Origin: Octopus vulgaris
Lineage: Eukaryota
Assembly (NCBI GenBank): GCA_951406725.2
Contig: OX597818.1
Location: forward strand, 47,430,001-47,494,000
DNA length: 64,000 bases
Reading direction: 5' to 3'
Numbering within the stretch: the first letter of the stretch is position 1; each line of letters begins with the position of its first letter. A program made the translations under genes and the position numbers. Below the pieces are notes generated by a model. The model worked only from the letters and a program-made list of their open reading frames with translations, was not told the DNA's origin and made no database searches. Below, in pieces: positions 48,438 to 62,216 of this stretch.

Positions 48438-49617
48438 CTACACAAATCTCTTTCAGCTTTCTTCTTGTCTGTAACACATTGTTGGTAGTGGAAATAACAA
48501 GAGAGTAAATAGCTGGTACACGATAGCTGAGATTTTCTCCGTGTTTTATTATAGAGGGATTGCAGCTCATAGGTTTGGGTCTTGAATGGTAATGAATGTT
48601 ATAGAAATTTTGATGTATGGGTGTCTATTTGGGTCACAAGAGAGAAACAAAGACGTTAGGTGGTAGTGTAAGTAATGTTTCTTAGTGTTTGCCACTGGTT
48701 AAATATATAGATGCTAGATGCTGGCCAGAGCTGTGCGAGTTAAAGCCATGAATTTGAACACCTCACAAAATATAAATATTAATTGAGGAGCCAACTGAAA
48801 TGATATTTGACAAGTTATTTGCAATCAGTCGACTTGCAACAAATAGCAGGCAAATCTCCCTCAAATCAGACCCTACCATCTTAACCCTTTCATTACCAAC
48901 CCGGCTCTGGCTCTGAGTACAAATGTCTTGTTTACATAAGTTTTGAATTAAAATCTTCCACCAAACCTTAGTCGCAATTTATGTTCTTAACACTAGCTTA
49001 ATGATAACCAAGTTATTTTACTAAATTCTTTGTGATATTTAAAATAATTGAAAGAAACACAGAGCATCTCAAAATAAATACAGTAACAAAAGGGAGAGAG
49101 AGAGAAGACATCTAAGATAATGTAGTTTTGGATACATTATACCTCAAATAAAAGTGGGACAATCATAGCATGAATGCCTTTGATCATGGGTTTTCTCAAA
49201 TAAGGCTGACTTAACAGTCTTTTATGTGAAGAATGAAGTTTTTTTAAGAATTTCAGTTTATGGAGGTTTCTGAGGATTGAGGTAGATCTGAGAGATTAAA
49301 TGGATTTGAGGTTTTGTTTGCAGTGTCATTATGCTTGTGGAATATCTTATCTTTTATCCTTTACCTGTTTAAATCATTGGACGGCAGCCATACTAGACCG
49401 TTGTCTTCAAGGGTTTAGTTGGACAAATTGACCCCAGCAGGCATTTTAAATTTGGTTCTAAGTCTATCAGTCTCATTTATCAAACAGCTAAGTAACAAGA
49501 ATGTCAACAAACACTGGCTGCCAAGTAGTAGTGGGGGACAAATGCAAACACATACAGTTATGTATGTGTGTGTGTGTGTGTGTGTGTGTATTAAATTTTG
49601 GATTTAAATTTTTTGTT

Positions 49618-49701
49618 CACCTGAAGAAAATAGTTTTTTTATATTTCATGATGTAATTGATTGATTCATTAATAAAAGATGCATCTGAAACAGCTGTAGT
49701 G
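49618..49701 (+). ncRNA. Decayed hammerhead-like motif
   Basis: CAC-CTGAAGA...GAAA-CAGCTG-TA^-GTG; palindromic stem III, long and poorly paired stem II. Confidence 0.45.
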
Positions 49702-51600
49702 TACCTCAACCTATTTGTTCATATATATATATATGGCTGTGTGGTAAGTAGCTTGCTTCCCAACCACATGGTTCCGGGTTCAGTCCCACCGTGTCACCTT
49801 GGGCAAGTACCTTCTACTATAGCCTCGAGCCAACCAACGTTTTGTGAGTGGATTTGGTAGACGGAAACTGAAAGAAGTCCGTCGTATATGTGTGTGTGTG
49901 TATGTTTGTGTGTCTGTTTGTCCCCCACCTATTTCTTTACTACCCACAAGGGGCTACACGTAGAGAGGACAAACAAGGACAGACAAACGGATTAAGTCGA
50001 TTACATCACCCCCCCAGTGCGTAACTGGTACTTAATTTATCGACCCCGAAAGGATGAAAGGCAAAGTCGACCTCGGCGGAATTTGAACTCAGAATGTAAA
50101 GGCAGACGAAATACCGCCAAGTATTTCAACTGGCATGCTAATGCTTCAGCCAGCTCGCCACCTTTTGTGTTTGTCCCCCACCGTCACTTGACAACCGTCC
50201 CTGTAACCTAGTGGTTCAGCAAAAGAGACTGATAGAATAACTACTAGGCTTATAAAGAATAAATCCTGAGTTCGATTTGTTTGACTAAAGGCGATGCTCC
50301 AGCATGGCTGCAGTCGAATGAAATAAATAAAAAAAAGAAAATATATATATATATGATGGGCTTCCACACAGTTTTTGTCTAACATATTCACTGAGAAGGC
50401 ACTAGTCAGCTTGGGGCTACAATAGGAGATACTTGTCCAAAGTGTCAAAAAGTGGGTCTGTACCCACACACAATCTCAAGTGAGATTCTTAGCCATACAG
50501 CCATACCTGCACCTACATGCATGTGCAATCTTCTATGTGAAGGACAAGGTTTTGTAAGAATTTGTTTCTGGCGGGTTTTGAGGGCCAGGGTAAAATCCCA
50601 CATAGATTAGATGGATCTGAGTTTTTGTTTACAGTGCCATATCTAATGTTTGTGGAATATTCTAATGTATTTTTGTGGTGGTGGTGCTGTTATAGCTTTT
50701 GTATTGTGACAATAACAACATCAAGATGTTGAATAATGCCAAAAATGCTGAGTTTGAACAGAATAGAAACAAAAAATTTAACGTTTAATTCCAGGTCAAC
50801 CTGGATCAAGCAGATACGTGATCAAAAGCATTCCATCTGTGACTACCCCATCTTTTAACCTTTTAGTATTTAACCCTTTCGTTACCATATTTATTTTGAG
50901 ATGTTCTGTGTTTCTTTCAGTTATTTTAAATATAACAAAGAATTTAGTAAAATAACTTAGTTATCATTAAGCCAGTGCTAAGAACATAAATTGTGACTAA
51001 GGTTTGGTGGAAGATTTTAATTCAAAAATTATGAAAACAAAACATTTGTACTACAGAGCCAGTTTCATCCGGGTTAGTAAAGAAAGGGTCAAACTGGCCA
51101 TATCAGGCCCAAATAAATATCCTACTCGTTTTATGTTCAAACTGGCCAGAAGCAGCTGCTTACACATGTCATTTTAAAAATATACAATCACATCATAGAA
51201 ATCTCGAAGCTAAGAGATAATGTGCAATTAATTCAAAACAATGGTTTACATTTGACAGAGTAATCTGAATGTTAAGGGGTTAATCATGTAGGGCTTAAAT
51301 GTGTCCTTTCATTATCTGAGACAATATGGTATAATGTGAGGTAGACTAGGTAGCTATTTCTAGTAAGTCAAGTGACTATAAAGACTCTCTCTCATTTGCA
51401 AAATGGTACTTCCCTACTATTGGTTACTCGTAACCTTTTGGCATGTATGAACCAGCCATATCCAGCCCAAATATTCTACCTGCTTTATGTTCAAACTAGC
51501 CAAATCTGGCCTCTCACATCAACCCTACAATGTCATTCTAAAAATAATCACATCATTGAAACTTTTAAGCAACAAGATAATGCGAAATCATTGTCGCGGC

Positions 51601-51983
51601 CAATGCCAGTAGCACCCCACTGGTACCTGTGCTGGTGGCACATAAAAAGCACCAGTCAAGCATGATCAATGCCAGTGCCACCAGACTGGCTCCTGTGTTG
51701 GTGGCACATAAAAAGCACCATACAAGTGTGGTCAATGCCAGTGCCACCAGACTGGCTCCTGTGTTGGTGGCACATAAAAAGCACCATTCAAGTGTGGTCA
51801 ATGCCAGTGCCACCAGACTGGCTCCTGTGTTGGTGGCACATAAAAAGCACCATACAAGTGTGGTCAATGCCAGTGCCACCAGACTGGCTCCTGTGTTGGT
51901 GGCACATAAAAAGCACCATTCAAGTGAGGTCAATGCCAATGCCGCCTGACTGACCCCGTGCTGGTGGAATGTAAAAAGCACCC
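51601..51983 (+). repeat. 66-bp tandem array (about 5.8 units) in an RTE 3' UTR copy nested in MITE A
   Basis: Units start at 51601, 51667, 51733, 51799, 51865, 51931. Confidence 0.93.
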
Positions 51984-52973
51984 ACTATACTTCCAGAGTG
52001 GTTGGTATTAGGAAGGGCATCCAGCTGTAGAAACCTTGCCAGATCATGTTGGAGCCTGGTGTAGCCTCCTAGCTTGCCAGTCCTCAAACTGTCCAACCCA
52101 TGCCAGCATGGAATGCGGATGTTAAATGATGATGAATGTGAATAAATAAGCATTACATTTGACAATGTAATCTGAATTCCCTATTTTTAACCAGTAAGAA
52201 AATTTAGTCTCTCTGTCTCTCTGTCACACACACACACACACACCAAAAATATAGAATACTCAACAGTCTAAAAGGAAATAAAAATGAAAAAAAAAACAAC
52301 TGAGAGAAAAAAAAAATCAGCATTTACCAATTTATGATTCATTTTGGAAATATTACAAAGTTGAAGAAATTAAAATATCACTATGTTTTAATGATGTTTA
52401 CAGCTTTAAAGGGATATTACCAAATATCTTTAAAGGAAGCTTTTAAAAACATTCCTTTCATCTTTTGTGGGGGTCGAAAAAAGAAAGGAACAGTCAAATA
52501 TTGGAGTTGAGGTAACTCACTTGCCATCTCATCATCATCATCATCATCATCATCATTTAGCGTCCGCTTTTCATGCTAGCATGGGTTGGACGGTTCAACT
52601 GGGATCTGGGAAGCCAGAAGGCTGCACCAGGCCCAGTCTGATCTGGCAGTGTTTCTACGGCTGGATGCCCTTCCTAACGCCAACCAATCCGTGAGTGTAG
52701 TGGGTGCTTTTTACGTGCCATCCGCACAGGTGCCAGGCAAGGCTGGCAACGGCCACGATTGGATGGTGCTTTTTATGTTCCACCGGCAGTCAGGGCCAGT
52801 CGAGGCGCTCTCCTCAAAATGGCCAGCCTTGCACTAAAATTTGAAACCATTATTGTTGTTGTTCTTTTTTAATTCTGGTTTCATTAGAACTCCTGGAGTC
52901 TGGCATGCCTGACAGGATTGCTGTCAGCAGCCTACAGTACCATGCTCTCTGCCCTTGTCAACTATTTAATACT

Positions 52974-53136
52974 TGATAGTATGTTGACAACTTAATGTGA
53001 CAGTCCCATGAAAGGGAAGAATGCTACTGTTATTTAGCCCTAGGAAACACCGTCTCTTGTTATTTCCTAGGGCTAAATAACAGTAGCGTTCTTCCCTTTC
53101 ATGGGACTGTCACATTAAGTTGCCAACATGCCATCA
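52974..53136. repeat. Inverted repeat, 74-bp arms, 15-nt loop, 4 transition mismatches
   Basis: 52974-53047 versus the reverse complement of 53063-53136. Confidence 0.93.
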
Positions 53137-55595
53137 CTTTATTGTGCTGCTACTACATAAATCTCTCTGAGAGATTTAGAAATGTATCATTTCTATTTAA
53201 TACTTCCTTGATTATTCTAGCTATGGCAAAGAGGCAAACCTAACAGTTCAACTTGGCACTCTATTCAGATTACCTTTATATTCCTCGATTCTGATTTCCT
53301 TTATATTCCTCTATCATTATTATTATTACTCAGTAAGTTGCATGGAAAGCTACCAAACCAATTCTTATTTCTTTACTGCCCACAAGGGGCTACACATAGA
53401 AGGAACAAACTAGGACAGACAAATGGATTAAGTCGATTATATCGACCCAAGTGCGTAACTGGTACTTATTTAATCGACTCCGAAAGGATGAAAGGCAAAG
53501 TCAACCTCGGCTTAATTCTATGAATTAAAACTGTCACAATAAAATACTTTATTAACAATTAAAACCCTGCAAATTGCAACTTCCTTAAATTCAAAAAATG
53601 CCCCACAAAAACCAAAGAAAGCTAACTTTTAATAAATATATATATTAATTAAAAACATATATTTTAAATAACTGCCGATTAATGAGAATAAAAAACAGAA
53701 GTATAAATATTCACATTTTTAACATAAATTACAAAAAATTAACTTAATGTTAAGGTCTAATTACAAATTCAATTGTTTAGTATTTATACAAGTTGAATAT
53801 TAATATATTTCCTGCTACCTGGCAGTATTACAAGCCAGCAATTAATTCCATTCAATCAACATGTACTAAACTGTTTAAGTGAATCTATACACCTACCTAT
53901 TATCCCCCCCACACACACATACACACACACAGATATTCAATAGCAACTCAGCCAAAATATGCCTTAATCTAGAGTTGTGTGCTCCAATAATTTTGTTAAA
54001 AATACCAATATACCTAGCTAAATGATCTAAGAAATCAATTCTATCTATACAGAGGAGAAACAAAGTTTGGCACTGGCATATCTAATATGTAAAGGTAAGC
54101 TGCTAAGCTTATAGGCATCTGTAACTAATACCAGCAAGTAGGTTTTTCACTCAACATTTATAAAGATATTTATAAATGCAAAATTTTTGCCAATTAAAAA
54201 AAAAAAAGATATCAATTACAAACTATTTTAAGAATTGTTAAATATCATACATAAATGTTCATCTAAATAAAAATTCCATCATTTTTTTTTTTAAACTTGT
54301 TTTTCTGACCAGTATTAAGTTATATAGAATAAAAAATAAAAATTGATTTTTTTTAACACCATTTTTTCTGTAACACTTAATTTATTAGAAAACTAAATAA
54401 ATGAAGATAAGATTTTAAATAGCAATTTTATATAGTTGATATTAGACTTAATTTATATTTGTAGGACAGTCTAAGCATTATTTCTAAAAGCATGAGCTTT
54501 CAACACCATATAAACCAAGGTAGGACTAACATTTATGTGACAAGACCTACTTTAATTAACTCAATTAAAATGCTTCTAATGAAAAGGAAACATGACATAA
54601 AATTCTGTTGTTTTCAACACTTCTGCTAATACAGAAAAATAAGAAATAGAAAATTCGAGACTGCACAAACAATTTTATGGAACGGAGGAAATGAAACGAG
54701 ACAACGTTCTTATATTTTCTCAATATGTCAATGTTCAAAATATTTACCAAATACACTCCAGTTTTCTGTTTAGCAAATTGTTAGAAGTGACTATAGCAAT
54801 GCACCTCTGAAAATATGGAAACAAAAGTAGAACACAGGAGGGGGCAGCTTTAAATTGAACCAATCCTATAGCTGGCACCCGGCAGTTGCCAAGACTGCTG
54901 GACTGACTCCTGTGCAGGTGGCAAGTGAAGAAACACCATTTCGATCCAGTGCTTGAGGAGATCCATTGAGTCAAGTACACCAACATCAAAATCAATGGAA
55001 ACTGCAGTTGTGATCCCTGTGCCGGTGGCACGTAAAAAGTACCAATCCAATTGTGGCCATTGCCAGCCTCGCCTGGCACCTGTGCCGGTGGCACATAAAA
55101 AGCACCCACTACACTCACAGAGTAGTTGGCATTAAGAAGGGCATCCAGCTGTAGAAACACTGCCAGATAAGACCGGAGCCTGGTGCAGCCTCTTGGCTTC
55201 CCAGATCCCCGGTCGAACTGTCCAACCCATGCTAGCATGAAGAACGGACGTTAAACGATGATGATGATGAATGCTTATGCATGAGTTTAACCTTTTGCCT
55301 ATCCTGTGTACTACATGTGATACACAGGACATATTTCTCTGGCATTCATACATCATGGAATGATACACATTGCCAATTTTTATTCAACCATCAGAATAAC
55401 TTGGGACTTATGAAAGGAAAGATTTACATTACTGAGAACATGAAACAAGACCGAACTAAAAGTACCTGAAAACAAGCACAGACACTCAGGACATAACACT
55501 CAGGACATAATTACAGAAATGCTTCAGACAAGAAAGGAATTAATATGATATAGACTCTCTCTCTCTTTTACATGTTTCAGTCATTTGACTGCAGC

Positions 55596-56141
55596 ATCAT
55601 CATCATCATCATTGTTCAACCGTGGTCGAGACAATGGAATTTACCATGCTACGCCAGACTTCACGGTCCATCATGGCATTACGGAGGTCCTGTTGCTGGA
55701 TGCCTGTATCCCTGGAGATTACATGAGGGTAGGAGAGTGTGCGCCCTCTGGTATTGCGAGTAGATGGCTTCCAGAGGAGAAGAGTAGAAATTACCTCTTT
55801 TTCAGCTCTACAACAATGTCCAGCAAACTGGACTCTCTTACCTTTCACAAGAGATGACACCGGTGGTAGTTTCCCATATATTTGCATTTTAGTTGGATGG
55901 CGCTTCCACGAGAGATTTTGAGCTCTCATAAGGAGGCGAATGTAGGTTCCATCCAACCGCCTCTCAAGCTTCTTTGATAACGTCCAGGTTTCTGAGTCAT
56001 ATAGTAGAATTGGTTCGACTGTAGCTTTGAAGATTTCAAGTCTCTACTTAGATTTGATGACCAGATCTTATGCATGTCATTACAGGCTGACCAGGCCATA
56101 CCCTTTCTAGTTAGAAAGTCTTTTCCAGATGATGATATGTA
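55596..56141 (-). mobile_element. RTE-like LINE 3' fragment with (TGA)n tail and 10-bp TSD, inserted in an S1 SINE
   Basis: IFKATVEPILLYDSETWTL..RLDGTYIRLL..FAGHCCR; TSD TGACTGCAGC at 55586-55595 and 56142-56151. Confidence 0.88.
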
Positions 56142-56802
56142 TGACTGCAGCCATGCTGGAGCACCACCTTCAATCAGGCAACTCGACCCCGGGACTTATT
56201 CTTTGTAAGCCCAGTACTTATTCTATTGGTCTCTTTTGCCGAACCGCTAAGTGACGGGGACATAAACACACCAGCATCGGTTGTCAAGCAATGCTAGGGG
56301 GACAAACACAGACACACATACATACATATATATATATATATACATATATACGACAAGCTTCTTTCAGTTTCCATCTACCAAATCCACTCACAAGGCTTTG
56401 GTCGGCCCGAGGCTATAGTAGAAGACACTTGCCCAAGGTGCCACGCAGTGGGACTGAACCCGGAACCATGTGGTTGGTAAACAAGCTACTTACCACACAG
56501 CCACTCCTACGCCTGTTTCAAACTAGACATCATTATAGCATGTAATTACCACAAGACACTTTTCTTTTTTTTTCCGTCAGTCTCAAAAGATTATCCCTGA
56601 TACTATATGCAAAGTCACATGCTTTAACCCTTTAGCATTTAATCCAGCTATATCCAGCTTAAATATTATACTGGTTTTATATCAAAACTGTCAAGATCTA
56701 ACCTCTCACACCTACCCTACCATGTCATTCTAAAAATATACAAACATGGTGGTCCAGTAGGCATGGGTGTTGAGAAGTAACAATACACCTTATAGGTGGT
56801 GG

Positions 56803-57067
56803 TGGTGGTCTCAAATCTCAAGAGATCTAGTTAAAAATGTTAAAGGCAGTGCTCCAGCATGGCCACAGTATTATGACTGAGACAAGTAAAAGAGTATACC
56901 ATTGAAATCTTGAAACTACAAAAGTAATGTGTGATGGTGGTCTCAAATCTCAAGAGATCTAGTTAAAAATTTTAAAGGCGGTGCTCCAGCATGGCCACAG
57001 TATTATGACTGAAACAAGTAAAAGAGTATACCATTGAAATCTTGAAACTACAAAAGTAATGTATGAT
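56803..57067. repeat. Tandem duplication of about 132 bp spanning a SINE tail / MITE A junction
   Basis: GGTGGTCTCAAATCTCAAGAGATCTAG...CTACAAAAGTAATGT occurs twice. Confidence 0.88.
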
Positions 57068-57242
57068 TAATTCTAACGAATGTGAATAAATAAGCAACAC
57101 ATTTGACAAAGAAATCTGAATGCTAAAAGGTTAATGTACTAAAAACCTTTCTTCCTGAATATGCACTGCTGAAATTGGGGCTCATCTAATATACGCATGA
57201 ATCTTTTAATGACATCAAATATAGAAGAACCAGAATCTAGAT

Positions 57243-57464
57243 CAGTAGTTCTCAACCAGGGTCTACATGGCTCTTGGGGGTCCATATAAGATTTTGTAAT
57301 TAAAATTTAATGAGCAATAATCTGGTTATACTTCTACAACACGCAAAGTATTTTAACAATTTTTTTTTTATATAAAAATATGACAGAATTTTTAACATGA
57401 GGATCCAGGAGAGTAAAGTAGGAATTAATGGGTCCCCTAGGCAAAAAATGGTTGACACCCACTG
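57243..57464. mobile_element. hAT (Charlie-like) MITE with perfect 8-bp TSD
   Basis: CAGTAGTTCTCAACC...GGTTGACACCCACTG flanked by ATCTAGAT on both sides (NTCTAGAN target typical of Charlie). Confidence 0.88.
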
Positions 57465-57767
57465 ATCTAGATCTAATACTGAGATAAGACTGGAGGGAGA
57501 AATTTAAAATCTTGTACTAAAATGACTTCCTTAGTTGGCTCCAGATTCAAAGCAACACCAGCGTAAGTTAATGAAACTCATTAAAGTATAAGTATGTTGA
57601 ATAATTGAGTTTATCATTGTACTGTGGCACAAAAGGAAAATTGGCTTTGTTTGGTTGGCTAATAAAAATCTAAGTATTTAAGAATGGAAAGACCACTGGT
57701 TGTTTTCTATAGAAATGTCATTCAACATTCACCAAAGGAGACCAATATATAATTTTATTAGTAAATT

Positions 57768-57904
57768 TATATACATATATATACATATATACATACATAT
57801 ACATATATACACATATATATATATATATATATACATATATATATACATATATATACATATATATATACATACATATATACATATATATATACATATATAC
57901 ATAC

Positions 57905-57941
<37 letters not shown>

Positions 57942-57956
57942 TATATACATATATAC

Positions 57957-57989
<33 letters not shown>

Positions 57990-58129
57990 CATATATATAC
58001 ATATATACATATATATACATATATATACATATACATATATACATATATATATATACATATATACATACATATATATATATACAATATATATATATATACA
58101 TATATATATACATATATATATACATATAT

Positions 58130-58168
<39 letters not shown>

Positions 58169-58232
58169 TATATAATATATATATATACATATATATATAC
58201 ATATATATATATATACATATATATACATACAC

Positions 58233-58299
<67 letters not shown>

Positions 58300-58387
58300 C
58301 ATACATATATACATATATACATACATATATATATATACATATATATACATACACATATATATATACATACATATATATATACATACA

Positions 58388-58427
<40 letters not shown>

Positions 58428-58440
58428 CATACATATATAC

Positions 58441-58471
<31 letters not shown>

Positions 58472-58794
58472 CATATATATATACATATATATATACATAC
58501 ATATATACATACATATATATATACATACATATATATACATATATATACATATATATACATATATATACATACATATATATACATATATATACATATATAT
58601 ACATACATATATATACATATATACACATACATATATATACATACATATATACATACATACATACATATATACATACATACATATATACATACATATATAC
58701 ATACATATATACATACATATATACATACATATATACATACATATATACATACATATATACATACATATACATACATACATATATACATACATAT

Positions 58795-58827
<33 letters not shown>

Positions 58828-59099
58828 CATACATACATACATATATATATATATATACATACATATATACATACATATATACATATATACATATATATAC
58901 ATACATACATACATATATATATATATATACATACATATATATATATATATATACATATATACATACATATATACATACATATATATATATACATATATAC
59001 ATACATATATATATATACATATATACATACATATATATATATATATACATATATACATACATATATATATATACATATATACATACATATATATATATA

Positions 59100-59151
<52 letters not shown>

Positions 59152-59510
59152 CATACATATATACATACATATATATATACATACATATATACATACATAT
59201 ATACATACATATATACATATATATATACATACATACATATATACATACATATATACATACATATATATATACATACATATATACATACATACATACATAT
59301 ATATATATACATATATACATACATATATACATACATATATATATATACATATATACATACATATATACATACATATATATATATACATATATACATACAT
59401 ATATATATATATACATATATACATACATATATATATATATACATATATACATACATATATATATATATACATATATACATACATATATATATATATACAT
59501 ATATACATAC

Positions 59511-59580
<70 letters not shown>
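57768..59580. repeat. 1.8-kb compound (TA)n/(TACA)n microsatellite ending in (CA)n
   Basis: Almost uninterrupted purine-pyrimidine alternation, with no G on the plus strand. Confidence 0.97.
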
Positions 59581-60056
59581 TCACTAACATGAGTAAAATC
59601 AAATTAATTAAACTTGTCAAATCATTAAATACATTTTAATGTTTGCGAATCAAAGCTATGAACAAAATATACAATACAACAAAAATATATATCTATTTTA
59701 AGCAGAGAATCTATAAATTATTAAATATCAGGTTACTGAAGTATTATCATATTTGCAATATGATGAATCTTGCTTTACACTGCAGGTGTAATGTCTGCAG
59801 CGATAAAGAAAAAATTCATTTAAAAAATTAGTAAGAAAGAAGATAAAGAAATATACATAAAAACAAAGCCCAGAATAATATTGGTTTCAAATTTTGGCAC
59901 AAGGCCAGCAATTTTGGAGGAGGGGTAAGTCAATTACATCAACCCTAGTACTCAACTGGTATTTATTTTAGCAACCCTGAAAGGATGAAAAGTAAAGTCA
60001 ACCTCAACAGAATGTTAGTAAAATGCGTTTGGTTGGTGTGTTTTTTTTTTTAATCG

Positions 60057-60490
60057 TTAACCCATTTTACCTGAGACTGTTATTGGTGCTATAATACTAT
60101 CTTCTAGCTTTAAAGTGATCTAAAAAAGACATTTCATTAGCATTTCATGCTAACTTAATGTTCTAAATACCAGCTTAACCCTTTCGTTACTGTATTTATT
60201 TTGAGATGCTCAGTGTTTCTTTCAATTACTTTAAATATAAAAGAATTTAGTAAAATAACTTAGTTATCATTCAGCTAGTGTTAGGAACATAAATTGTGAC
60301 TAAGGTTTGGTGGGAGATTTTAATTCAAAGCTTATGAAAACAAGACATTTGTACTCAGAGCCGGAGCCGGTTTCAGCCAGGTTGGTAACGAAAGGGTTAT
60401 TAATAATAACTATTTACTAAATTTCTTGTTATTTTCAAAATACCTGAAAGGCAGATTATTTCAATAGAAATATGGTAACAAAAGGATTAA
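60057..60490. mobile_element. Older TTAA-flanked MITE containing a nested MITE B (60175-60399)
   Basis: Outer TTAACCCATTTTACC...GGTAACAAAAGGATTAA; inner TTAACCCTTTCGTTAC...GTAACGAAAGGGTTA. Confidence 0.7.
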
Positions 60491-61963
60491 AACACAACAA
60501 TAAGAAATAAGCTTACAGTGCTAAAATTATTCCATTAAGTATGAAATAATTTATAATCTATATGGATGAGATGAAATATTAATGGCCAAGTAGTTCCAAC
60601 TTGGATTTCTCAGAATGAGCACTTTGTTGCTTTTAAGGCCTACTCTACATATATATATATATATTCTTTTACTTGTTTTAGTCATTTGACTGCAGCCATG
60701 CTGGAGCACCGCCTTTAGTCTAGCAAATCTACTCCAGGACTTATTCTTTTGTAAGCCTAGTACTTATTCTATTGGCCTCTTTTGCCAAGCCGCTAAGTTA
60801 TGGGGACGTAAACACACCAGCATTGGTTGTCAAGCGATGTTGGGGGTGGGGACAAACACACACATACATATATACGACAGGCTTCTTTCAGTTTCCATCT
60901 ACTAAATCCACTCACAAGACTTTGGTTGGCCTGAGGCTATAGTAGAAGACATTTGCCCAAGGTGCTACGCAGTGGGACTGAACCCGTAATCATGTGGTTG
61001 GTAAGCAAGCTATTTACCACACAGCCACTCTTGCGCCTATTATATATATATAATATGATCTTGTATCAAACGAAACTTGAGGCCACTGTGGCACAAGGAA
61101 CTACTAAGAAGGTAAAAAAAAAAAAAAGATGCTGATAGACAGCAAGCTTAACTCTTTAGTATTTAAACCAGCCATATTCAGCACAAATATTCTTTTTGCT
61201 TTATACTCAAACTACCCAAGCCTGACCTCTTACACCTATTCTACAAAGTCATTCTAAAAATATACAATCAGGCATAGGAGTGGCTGTGTGGTAAGTAGCT
61301 TGCTTACAAACCACATGGTTCCAGGTTCAGTCCCGCTGTGTAGAACCTTGGGCAAGTGTCTTCTGCTATAGCCTCAGGCTGACCAAAGCATTGTGAGTGG
61401 GTTTGGCAGATGGAAACTGAAAGAAGCCCATCGTATATATATGTGTGTATGTGTGTGTGTCTGTGTCTATTCCCCCAACATCGCTTGACAATCGATGCTG
61501 GTGTGTTTACGTCCCCGTAACTTAGCAGTTCGGCAAAAGATACCGATAGAATAAGTGCTAGGCTTACAAAGAATAAGCCCTGAGGTCGAATTTCTAGGCT
61601 TAAGGCGGTGCTCCAGCATGGCCATAGCCAAATGACTGAAACAAGTAAAAGAGTATAGAGTAATCACATCAACATTTTGAAGCTATCAGATAAGGCATGA
61701 TTAATTCAAAACCATGCGAACAAATAAATACTTCTTTCAAAATTCCTAATTTTTTTTTTCAAACGTTAACTTTTGTTGGTTGAACTATGTAAAACATTGG
61801 AGAAAGAAATCTAGCTGTTTCTTCGAATAAATGCATTTATATTAAAATTTTTCATAGACTCTCAATATCAAGTGTCTTCTACTATAGCCGCGGGCCTACC
61901 AAAGTCTTGCGAGTGGATTTGGTAGATGGAAACTGAAAGAAGCCCATCGTGTATGTATGTATG

Positions 61964-62023
<60 letters not shown>

Positions 62024-62170
62024 TCATCATCATCGTTTAACGTCCGCTTTCCATGCTAGCATGGGTTGGACGGTTCAACTGGGGTCTGGGGAGCCCGAAG
62101 GCTGCACCAAGGCCAGTCAGATCTGGCAGTGTTTCTACAGCTGGATGCCCTTCCTAACGCCAACCACTCC

Positions 62171-62216
<46 letters not shown>

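Noticed and set aside
51565-51981. Repeat-protein ORFs or CRISPR-like array
   Set aside because: Head-to-tail 66-bp units with no unique spacers, no cas genes, inside a LINE 3' UTR in eukaryotic DNA
57700-59620. Four ORFs of 613-630 aa
   Set aside because: Translations of a TA/CA microsatellite that lacks stop codons
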